DNA of 64,000 nt from Asterias rubens (lineage: Eukaryota): contig NC_047062.1 in assembly GCF_902459465.1 (NCBI RefSeq), positions 22,816,001 through 22,880,000 of the forward strand, read 5' to 3'. The translations under genes were made by a program, and so were the position numbers. Under the pieces are notes generated by a model. It saw only the letters and a program-made list of their open reading frames with translations, had not been told where the DNA came from and ran no database searches. Positions 25,001 to 37,000 of this stretch are shown one piece after another; within the stretch, counting starts at the first letter, position 1, and the number at the start of each line of letters is the position of its first letter.

Positions 25001-28000
25001 GGCACAGCTTCATAGAGCTGCTTAAGCACTAAAAGTAGCACAACATATAATGCGTATCTCTGATAACCAAATGGTGTACTGACCTTTGCCTCTTCAAGAA
25101 CTTCATACAGCACCTTCCTGGCACTCATCACATCATTGAGAACCTGCATGCAACAAAAGAAAGATGAATAACGTACAATTTTCCATTCATATTGCACTTT
25201 GTTATTACTAGTACTTTGTTGTCTCTGTTAGCGCTTCATAATTTTATACATAACTGAGGTTCTCTTTACTGGCACTGGACATAAAAGTGCCCCATACTAT
25301 AAATACAGGAAAACTGGTATGCCCCTTCACGCACAAAGTTTAAGCCCTCATGTTTACTGGTATAAACATTACACCAAGTTGGAGGGTTACAGTCCGGTTC
25401 ATTTTTCCTGCGAACGCTTCATACAAAGCAAATTTTCTTGTGTCATCAAAATTCGTTTGACATTTGCATTTGCATGAAGTATGAACCAGGCTTAATTTCA
25501 CAGATACACCCGCACTGACCTTTGCGTAATATCTGGACAGCTTGGAGCTCAAGAAGAATTTGATCTGTTGCTGATTGTGCGCCGTGATGCGATTCTTCAA
25601 GATGTCCACCACCCCCTCTTTGTTGTTGACCCGGCGTTCCAGGCTCACTCGTTCCAGGGTCACCATGATGAGTTCCGGCAAGTTCTCCTCCAGCTTCTTG
25701 AGGACCTCCTTGGCTATGTTCATGTTCCCTATCAAACAAAATAATAATAATAACAATAATACTAGGTTCTCATATAGCGTTTATCAAACCCCTGGGGTGT
25801 ATCAAAGCGCTTATTATTTTGTCTTGTTTGTTGTTAAATAATTTTAAGCGTTTTTGTCTGTACTGTATGAATCATGGCCAGTTTTAATTTCCCCAGTGTG
25901 GGATAATAAAGTTCTTATCTTATCTTATCTTATCTTATATGGAGCTACGTTTTGAAGTATGAGGCCTACTCTTCAAAGCACCATGTAATGGTTTTACAAG
26001 GTGCTGTGGCGCAATACGCAGCCAATCAAACCAGGATTACCGGGGAGAACCCCCTTCTCTTTAAGTTAAGCTCACTTATTTCTTTTAAGCTTGTTACAAA
26101 ACACATGGGACCAATGGCTGAACATCTCATCCGAAGGACGAAGCATCATGGTTAAGAGCGAGCAACAGTATTCAACCTTCAATTACCACTTTAAGCGTTT
26201 TAGTAAATTGCTGAATTAACAGATACTTTTTAACAGAAATACATCTTAGGGGATCAGGTTGGCTCAGTGTTTTTTTCTTTCCCTGCCTTCCATGAATCCC
26301 ACCTCAGAAGAGAACCTTGCATATGGATTGGGTTTTCAGTCCCGAGCTGGACCCAATTTCATGGCTCTGCTTTATCATATTACCAAAGAATCAACACTTA
26401 CAGAAGCAGGGATTTCCACGCTTACGCCACACATATTTCACAAGTTAGCAGGGAATTTTTGCTTGTGCTTGTGCATACTAAGTTTTTATGCCAAAAATTA
26501 TTTTCAGCAATTACCAATAGTGTCCAGTACTTTAACAGATAACCAGATTCATTGAATGAGGCTTCACAAGAAAGACCATACCTTGTTTTTCCTCGAATGC
26601 TGCCCAGCGAAGGTGAATACTTGGTTTTCTGGGAAGATGGATGTTGCAGGCTCGTCTGTAGACTGAGCTCACACCCTCAATGCTGTGCGGCTCAAGGTAC
26701 TTGGCGTACTGCGATGTTAAAAAATAATAATAATAATGGATTCTTATATAGCACACATATCCTTCATTCAGTGATGCTCAAGGCACTTTATCATAGTATT
26801 TTCCAGCAAAGAACATAGTATTTTCCTGCATGGACATATTTGCTCCGTATTTTTGGACGTCTTACAAAACGTGACAAACTTTTGAAATGAAATTTCCACT
26901 TGTTAGTTTTAAGTATACATTTATATATGATTTAAAAATAACAATCAAACGATTAGGAGACCGAGGGTAGGGTCAAGGCAAACGAGAGACCAGTGGGACT
27001 CATGGATCCTACCTTCATCCAGAACTCCTCATAGAGAGCACAGGCCACTAGGCAGCGCTCATACAGGATCAAAACTCTCTCGTGGGTGCCGTTGGTCGTC
27101 TCAAAGTCCAGATACTCCCGCCAGTTCTTCAGCTGGGACTTCTCAAGGGGCTTGGCGTGGAAGTAAGGTCTTCTTATCTGCAAATACACATCAAATAAAT
27201 GTAAACTTAATACATTTAGTCTAGTAGCAATGCCAATAAACAAGCCAGTTACAAAGGGAAGACAGAGGTTGAGCTATGTCGGTGTCCTGAGGAGAGATGC
27301 TGGGGCAGAGACCACAACAAAGTTGGCTGCCTGCATAAAGGACAGGGAAGATTTGAGTCAACACCGGGGATCCCGCCTACGGGCGACACGATGATGAATT
27401 ATTTGCATGGTCACAAGTTGACGCTCAAACTTGATGCACGTGACTGAAGACTTTGGGACAAATTTGGGCAAAGCAAGGTACCATTGTGCCATACACATTC
27501 ACCAAAAATTGTGTAAGAGTCATCGTAATTATGCAAAAGCTTGCTTGTTTAGAACTCAAAATAAATGATGTCAAACTTCGAGGTCGTGTGCCGGCAGTAT
27601 GCCACGTAATACGCAGAGCACCTTCGGGCGGTACGAGTGCTAAAGGGTTAAGCCCAGTTCATACTTCCTGCGAATGCGATACGAATGTTAACGTCACAAA
27701 TTCGCAACAAATAATTCGCAGCACTTCAACTCTGCTCAACTCACTTGGGAATACCGCTGCGAAAGGAGGGTTGTGACGTCAAATCCACGTCAAATTTGCT
27801 TCGCATTCGCAGGGAGTATGAACCGGGCTTTAAGCAGCTCTTGAAATTTGGCCAAGGTTAAACTCACCCCTTCCTCATAAGCCCATCTTTTACTGACTTC
27901 CTGCTCTGTCAGGCGATAGATGGTCAGACGTGATTCGATTACTTTCTTTCGGATAGCTTCATTCTCTTCGTCGACTTGCTGTTAACAAAAGAAAAAATGA

Positions 28001-31000
28001 CAACAAAAAGTTCACAAATATTATTTTACATCACTAAGAAATTTAATTCCAGTAAAAATCACAACTTACTCAATGTATCTACGCAACTTTCCAAACATGA
28101 AAACAAGTATAGGAGTATAGTAAAGTTTGCGGTAACACCATGTAATGATAATCTCTAAATGAGTTGGGATGGTTCAGCTTTCTCCAGAAGACGATCAGAA
28201 CATACTGATCGAAACGTCAAGTTGAAACCATTGGTTCTTCTCAGAACCACCTCAACTCATTCAGAGATATTCATACTATGGTGTTACCGCAAACCTTACT
28301 ATATCGTAGTTCCACCATACAAACTTTCAAATCCTACTTAAAGACACTGGACACTACCGGTAATTGTCAAAGACCAGTCTTCTTACTTGATGCATAAAAT
28401 AACAAACCTTAAATTGGGCTCAATTGGTCATTGAAGTTGCGAGACAATAATGAAAGAAAAAACACCCTTGTCACATGTATTTGTGTGCTTTCAGATGCTT
28501 GATTTCGAGACCTCAAAATCTAATTCTGAGGTCTCAAAATCAGATATTTTGTGGAAAATTACTTCTTTCTTGAAAACTACGTTACTTCAGAGGGAGCTGT
28601 TTCTCACAATGTTTTATCTTATCAACACTTCTCCATTACTCATTACCAAGTAAGATTTTATGCTTATAATTATTTTGAGTAATTACCAATAGTGTCCAGT
28701 GCCTTTAAGTATAAGAGTGTTTGGTGTTGGAGTTGTTTGGCAACAACTTTGGAAATCTTTCTGAAACTTACAGCGGAGACCTTTACCTTGGAGCTAGCAC
28801 CTGGTTTGACGGACATAAGAGGATCCATCCCTGGAACTCCAACGTCCACCCCAGGTGGGGCTTCCTCATCCCCTGGGGGCCCTACATCACCGTCGTCCCC
28901 AAAGCTTTCTGTCCCAGGCTCGGCTACTCCCAATTCGTCAACCACCTCCATGCGAAGCTTGATGAACTCATCCACAGAGAGGATGTCTTTGGGATGGCGA
29001 CCCTTGTTATTAACGTGCTCTTTAAATCTAGAAACAGGAAAGTAGACTCACTTTAGAATTCAAGGCCTGATACTTCAAGGAGGCAACCAAGGCGTTTGCT
29101 TCTATGCCTCCTGGTCATTACCTTGGTGCCCTTGAAATGCTCCAGTAGAAATTTACAATTTCCTCATAAGGTGCCCTTTACAAATGAAAAAATGCCTTGT
29201 GCCCTTGCCCTTTCCAAAATGAAGCGTACAGGCCTGGAACTCCTTCCGAGCACAACAGTGAAACATTTCGGAGAGACATTTCTAGTAATTTATATCTCCT
29301 GGCCCAATTCTTTGTTCATGTAAAGACTCAGCTTCCTTTAGTCACAGCAGCACCTGTTAGGCGGCCAGGTTGGTGTAGTGGCCTCTTGCCTTGCCTTCCG
29401 CCTCTAGGACCCCAGTTCAATCAAACTTAAGAAAATGTTTAAGTTTAGTTATATCCTGCAAATAAATGATATTGTTGGTGCTGTGGTTATTGTTGTTGCT
29501 TATGTTTTGTTTTGATTAAGAGCCTTACTTTTCAAAATGGTGACTGTAAAGCTGAGTGGGGATCGTCAGGAGTTGGTCGTAGATCTTGGTCACTTTATAC
29601 CACTCCTTCCTGTCCTTCTCAAAGCTGATGTACATATCCCACAACTTGTCTGAGCGGAAATCGGTACCAGCAGCAGCGATGGCCCTGGCGTACACTCTGA
29701 AGAGGTAGAAATACGCAGGGGATAAGGTTAGGCCAAGTTTTCCTAAAAAATAAATAGTGTATGTAAATATTGCATCTAAAATGCAGAGTTAGTGCCCGAG
29801 GGAGATGTGGATTGCTATCCCAAAGTACTAAGGTAGCATAAATTAACATTGCTTTTTGACATCTATTTAAATTGCTGCAGTACCCACTGCTAAAACGTGG
29901 TCTTAGCAATCTCGGTGGTCTAGTTTGAATGCCACTGCTCTAGAATTGCAAAGGCCGTGGGTTTGAATCCCGCCCAAGTAATATGCCTTGGATTATTTTT
30001 TACAGAACTTGGGAAAGTACCGAGTATACAGTGCTAACACAGATTGGTGCATATGGGTAAAAACCAAAATGAACATTCTAGTTCACAAACACCTACACCC
30101 TTACGTGGTTTTGCATTGTGGGCAAAACTATGACTTGAAAATGTGGTACCGAAAAGTTCAGGATAAATAATTTGATAAAAAAACTTACTCTCTCAGTCTG
30201 TCGGTGATACTGTCCTTGGGAGCCGTCTGAGCGATAAACTGGATGTACTGCAACCACAGATCCACACTAAGAGGGATTGCCTTCATGCCCGACTCAAACA
30301 CCTTATCCAAGGAAAAAAATGCAACAAGAGCCAACACTTTTAGAACCAGTCGTCAGGATTTTCACTTCCACTTGGTAACCCCAAACAATGCTAAGATTAT
30401 AATTCAAAACTAACCATTTTCAAAACCCACCCCTCCCCTAAATACAATTTCTCCATTCAGCCAAAAATCTTTTTCTTTAATGGTACTTCGATTGTGGTGA
30501 TCCAATTTTAGGCTCACATCAAAGAAATTGGGCAGAGTTGTCAAGACTGAAAGCGTGAGAATGGAGAAACAATTAACACACTAACAAATCAAATACCCAA
30601 GTGGAAGTGAAAGAAACAAAAACAGGTAAAAAAAAGAAAAAAAAATGTATAATCGCATATCTTTATCCCTTCCCACAATATATTAAAACATCATTCATCA
30701 ATTGAACCATACATCATAATAATAACTGGGAGGAAACAAAACATAGTAATTTTTTGAAACTGTGTTATAATATATAACATAACTTGTTCTAGGCCTGATT
30801 AGTTTAAGTATATAAACCTTCAGAACACAAACTCCACATCCTTGATGTCATCATCGGACGCTTTGGCCAAGATCCGGAGATTATTCCTCTGGGGTTGCGA
30901 TTATGAACCAACCGACCCAGATCACTTTCCAAGTACCCTGTTGTTGAGTGTCCGAGAGTGTTGTGTGTGTCTGTGTGCTAAGACTCACTGCTAAAAGTTC

Positions 31001-34000
31001 CCAATAACAAAACCGCATATCAAATCAAACGCAATTGTGTCATTTGAAGGGGGCTATGATTTCCTCCCAGACAAAAAATAAACTTGCGAACTTGATCAAA
31101 CTTATTCCGCCCCTTCTGCTTTTTTGTTTTCACAAAATTTCAAAAGCTTCCATCACCAGCAAACCAATGGTGATTCTGAGTGTGTAATGATTTTCTCTTT
31201 TAATAGCAAAGTATAGTGTTTTGCTCAATAAGACTTCATCTGTTTGCACTTAGTGTGTTTTGTTTTTATATCCCCTAGCTTTCACAAAACTTCATCATTT
31301 CAATTTTGATTCTGAACATGCAACGACAGAGCTGCATTCAAAGCACTTGAACATGTTGTTCTTAACAAATAAAGCATTAAAAAAAACAGATTTGTGATAC
31401 CACCATAAAGACAGGTTAAACGAAATTCCAGAAAATTAGATGAACAAATTTTGAAAAAGATTTTTTCTTTAAAAGCAGCAGTTGAAAGATGTTACCTTTA
31501 TTGTATAACATATAGACTCTCTAATAAAAAAGACTACATCATTATTTATATTAATGCAAAATAAATGGATAGGAAATTAAAGTGAACGGAGCTTAGATAC
31601 TCAGATTAATCACCCAAATTTACTACTATTATCATTAATATTTGTTTAGTTGTTCCAGCAAACATGAGACTTCTTGACCTGTTGTTGGGAAAAATCTACT
31701 CTACTTGTTAGTTCAGGTAAACTACAACAAGCTGTACGCAGGAGCTGGTGTTCACGATCGATGATGTCGGTTGGTTTCCACTAACTAAATCCTGTGGAGA
31801 AATTAGTGTTAGGGCACCTATCTGTTAAAACTAACACATTTAATAATACCAACACATTACTATTATTTATTTTGCAAGTCCCCGAATATCGTTGAAGGTA
31901 TTCTGAGCACACACAATATCAAGAAATGACATTTACTAATTAAAACCTTTGAGTTACATAATATTAATGTGTATTAAAATGTGTTTGAAGTCATAAATGA
32001 ACGTATAAATCTACAGAAAACAATAAGCCATTACATTAACATTATGTTATTTAAACTTTTGTAATCATTCTACTATATCCCAAGTAATTAATTTTTTGTC
32101 AACTCTGATTCTTTTTTATTTTTATATTTTTTTATTCCATACTTGTTTTAATGTGATGTTTTTGTTTTATTGTTTTTATTTAGGGTGACGGTTGTTCAGT
32201 GACAAAGAATCTGTATACTGTAAATCAATGTCTGAAGGTGTCGTCAAAATTTTCAGTAACAGAGAAAGTTTGTTTATGTGAAATTTAATGATGGTTGGTT
32301 CACATCGTGAGCACTATGGTGTTGTTATGCGATAGCCCTATTAACATTAGTTGCCAATACGCTAGACCCCCTGCGCATCTTGGGGCTTCGCAAAAGTCTT
32401 TCTTGTAAGATAATTGTATTGTGTTATTGTAGGCGCCTTGAGCACTCTATCGGTGGATATGTGCGCGTTATAAGTTTTGCTCTTATGGTAATCATTTTTG
32501 TCGCAAGGTGCTTTAAACTTAATCCAAGTTATCTGCAAATGAGAAAATATCATGAATTAACAATTCAAAATTATTGACTATACAAGGGGGATAAGCTCGG
32601 TGTCTTTACCCACAGCAATCATTCTAAACCCAACGTTATGTTTCTGTTAGACCAAGGACCACAGTAGTTAATCGTTATTCTTGACATGGGATCAGGCATA
32701 CTCCCATAACGATAATAATCGGTTTCTGTATAGCGCTTTATACACCCGGCTTGGGATTCGAACCCCCACTCTGCAGAACAGAAACACCAGAGTTTGAATT
32801 CGGTACTCTTAACCACTCGGCCACGACACTTCCACAAATCAGAGGCCAACTTTTTTTTATCCCGAGATGTCAAAACAATTACTCAGGGAGAAAGGGTCAA
32901 TCTGGTTTTCGAAATGGGTTTTGTGAACTACACTCATGAAAGAGCTTGAACTGAAATGGGAACAAGTGATCTTGCTGAAATAAATTAATTTTTATCTGAG
33001 GTATCGACATCAAAGTATTGTCGTTTTGACATACAACTTCAATGAGGTTGAGGTTGGGGCCTAATTTTGATAATTACGAAAAATGCAATATCAAAATTAC
33101 ATATAAATTATTACCAAATATATTATAAACAGATTTAAATAGCTTTCTCATCAAATTTGATACGCTCAAGTGGCTGCTTTTAGGTTAGTCATTACATCAA
33201 ATCTGAAAAATCAAGTAAATGTTTGGTTGCAGCAACATCAAAACCATTGCTACTATGGTGCTGTATTTACATACATATGCAATGCATGTATTTCAAACAC
33301 TTTGTCATAAGTAACATTGCGAAGCATTTTGCATGAGCGAGTTCATTGCAGTGACACAACAAATTCTCTGCAAATTGTTTTTTAATCTAACTGGAAAGCT
33401 TTTGGTGAAAAACTTTTAAATTGTGGGGTTGGAGAGTTGGGTTGTAACCGAACTATCTTGAGATCTTGAACCTACCTCTTGTGCCTTCTCGATGTCATTG
33501 GCCTTCCTTCGTTCCATATCTGCGTACTTCTTCCAGTATCCATAGCAATACGGATAACGAGCGAGGAAAGCATCAAAGGCCTTCCTCACTGATGGCATAT
33601 GAACCTAAAGTGACAGAAGAGACAAATAGTCTGCATGTTACTCAATGCTTTAAGGCAGAGTTGTAACCAAGTCATTTTTCCTGAGGTCAAGTCAAGTCAC
33701 AAGTCATCTTTGCTCAAGTTAAGTCAAAGAGAGGCAAAGAGAGAGGTCATAAAAAGTAGAACTCTTTGAACATCCTTTCAAATCTCAGGCCCGATACTTC
33801 ACGAAGGCAACAAAGGCGATTGCCTCCATGCCCCCTTGGTCATTGCCTTGGTGCCCTTGTAGACATGATCCAGTAGAAATTTACAATTTCCTTGTAGGGT
33901 GCCCTTTCCCAAGAAGAAGATGCCTTGGTGCCCTTGCCCTTTCAAAAAGCAGCATACAGACCTGACCCTAGGTACAAGGATTCAGCAACTATTTTCCCTC

Positions 34001-37000
34001 TTACCTGTTGCTCCACATACTGCAGCAGATAAGTCCATCCAGTGAAGTCCGTGGGTTTGTCCTTGACTGCCTTCCAGTATTTTTCAAGCTCTGGTGGCGG
34101 AGCTTTCTCCGCATCAGCCTTTGCCTTCTCTATTATAGAAAATAGAAAAAATCAAAGCAATACATGTAAGAATTTTCATCAAATGTGTTGAAAAACTCTG
34201 TTAAACTTCTGCAAGGAATTTAAATCTCACATCTTCTACTCGAGTTGGATTTGAACCCCTGCCATTCTAGAGCATTCATGTATTACCACTAGACCACTGA
34301 GCAAGAGACCAGGGGTGGATTTCACAAAAAATTAGGACTAGTCTTATCTCGAGTTAGGAAGAGTTACTCGTCCTAACTAGACCGATCCAGTAGGCTCCGC
34401 CCACGGCGCACGTGTGAGCAAGAACACGTGGGGCTTTCCAATGCCTTTCTGCACAACTCTGCCGCGCACGCCAAGATACGCGCACGCATGTCGGACCTTA
34501 GTGTCAGACCTGCGTTGCATTGTGATTGGTCAATACGCAATGGGGCGGAGCTTAATGGATCGGTCTCTTGGGACTAGCTGTACGTTTTTTTTAAATCTCT
34601 TAGGACTATCTCTTTGTGTAATTGACCCCAGGGCCAAATTTCATGGTTCTGCTTACCGTAAGCAAGTAACAGGCGTTTATGCCAGCTGGGAATTCCAGAG
34701 CTGCTTACCGTTAGCAAATAATCAGTATTTATGGAGGCAGGGAATTCCGTGCTTACATCAATTGTATTTCACAGGTTATCAATGAGTTTTGCTTGTGTGT
34801 GTAACTCCAGGCCTGCGGTGGTAAGCGAGCCATGAGATTGGGCCCAGTTTGAATCTTGTGAACTAGACGTCAAGATATGATGTTAGACTAAAGACTAAAA
34901 GGGATTTACTGACCTTCTTTTGTCATTTTCTCACTTTTCTTGACTGGCTCTGCTGCCGGTTTGGTAGCATCCACCACTGGCTTGACTTCCACTACTTTCT
35001 TGACTTCAGTAGCTTCCTTAGTGGAAGTAGCATCTGCCTTTTTTGTCTTCAACTGTGTCTTAGCATCAGTCGCCTTCTCTTTTGGTTTAACAGGATCTTT
35101 TTGTGTGGTTCCGGCATCTTCTGCTGGCTGGGCCGCCTCCTCGGCGGGTTTCTGATCAGCCTTTGGCTGCTCTGTCTCGGGTTCCTCCATCTTATCCTCT
35201 GTTGATTCTTGCGGCTTGGTGGCTTCTTGCTCCATGGGTTCGTCTTCTTGCTGTTTCTGATCCTCAGTAATTGTATCGTCAGAGTCCTCTGCGTCTTTTA
35301 TTTCCATCACTTCATCTTCTTTGACCTCCTCTAAGACAATGGCATCATCTTCTTTCTCCTCCGCATCCCCATCTTCTGCTCCCACAATGGCTTCACCTCC
35401 AGGACCAGCCGATATTGCCTCCTCCAGACGTTGGACGAGAGCAGCTTTGACTCCCTTTGAGTCCAGACCCCGAACCGTCAGTTCTGAGCGGAGTTCCGCT
35501 ACTTTCATCTTAGAGGGTGTGATACCATCACTAACATCTGTAATGAGAAGCCGTTAAAAAAATGAGAGGACAGATTTCAATAAACCAAGATGTTGAAAAG
35601 AATTTTTTTGTGGATAACTGTCCGTGTCCTGCAAACACTTTTTCAATATCTCATTTGAGTGAATTCGACACGGGAAAGTTACTGTATCCTGCCACCACTT
35701 TATGCATGACGAATAAAGACAACGCAATGTAAACCAAAAGCAATAATACACCTTAAAGGCAGTGGGCACTATTGATAATTGTCAGACTAGCCTTCACAGT
35801 TGGTGTGTCTCAACATATGCATTAAATAATAAACCTGTGAAAATTTGAGCTCAATCGGTCATCGAACTTGTGAGATAATAATGAAAGAAAAAAACACCCT
35901 TGTCACACGAAGTTGTGTGTGTTTAGATGGTTGATTTCGAGACCTCAAGTTCTAAATCCGAGGTCTCAAAATTAAATTCATGGAAAATTAAAACCATTAC
36001 ACTTTCGAAACAGAACAAAAAAATAAAAGTTCAAAAATTTACAAATAACTTGGAGGGTTTAAAGAAGGTAATGGTAACAGACTTCTCTTGAAATATTATT
36101 CCATGAAATGCTTTACTTTTTGAGAAAACATTAAAACAAATGATCAATTCTCGAGAATTACGGATTTATTTTAAACATGAGTCATGACACGGCGAAATGT
36201 GCGGAAACAAGGGTGTGTTTTCCCGTTATTTTCTCCCGACTCTGATGACAGATTGAGCCTAAATTTATCACAGGTTTGTTATTTTACATATATTATAAGT
36301 TGCGATAAACGAAGTGTAGGCCTTTGGTCTTGGACAATACTGATACTGTTTACCGAAAGTGTCCAATGGCTTTAAATAGGCGAATTCATTGTTGTTTTTC
36401 CTTACTAATACTAAATATAAAAAAAGGAAACAACTTTTAGTGTAAAACTACTCGGCTGATGCCACAAAAAATCTAACATTGATCATAATTTTGATGAATG
36501 AGTAGGCCTAAATTAAATAAATAAAAAAATTCAATTAAATTTAATTGCCAAGACAAGTGAAGAGAAGTACCCAATACAATACAATACAAAACAGTTTCAT
36601 AAGGTTTATCGCGAAAAAGCAAAATATCAAGAGAGGGCGCTGTTGACCCCACACAAAGGTATAGGCGTTGCATGCACGAGTCGTAGAAACTGCATAGAAA
36701 CCGCCCCATATTCCTTCCCACAATGCATTGCGTTTCTGAATCGCGATAAACCTTATTAATGAATGACAAATTATAAACAAAACCATCTAGCCATTTCCCA
36801 TAAGGTTTATCGCGATTCAGAAACGCACTGCATTGTGGGAAGGAATATGGGGCGGTTACTATGCAGTTTGTACGACTCGCGCACGCAACGCCTATACCTT
36901 TGTGTGCGTTCAACAGCGCCCTCTCTTGTTATTTTGCGGATAACTTTCCGTATGGCGCCACCACTTTTTCACTCATTTTTACAAAAAGGGATATATCAAT

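Noticed and set aside
27253-27330. Third PRPF39 poison-exon candidate
   Set aside because: It is fully explained as the antisense strand of the RTE fragment and has a weak donor.
27391-27449. Box C/D snoRNA-like ATGATGA...CTGA (human PRPF39 is recalled to host a snoRNA)
   Set aside because: It is on the strand opposite to PRPF39, and the ATGATGA is the stop/tail of an RTE LINE fragment. I found no convincing sense-strand snoRNA by eye. A covariance-model search would be needed.
29913-29985. tRNA genes (also about 24585-24650, 32750-32830, 10900-10970)
   Set aside because: The acceptor stems are broken, the copies are diverged, and each is embedded in a larger repeat. They are SINE heads.
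30841-30906. Plus-strand peptide [16 protein letters not shown], reminiscent of bacterial WYL-associated sequences
   Set aside because: It is only about 20 codons with no start or context, so it is probably chance.
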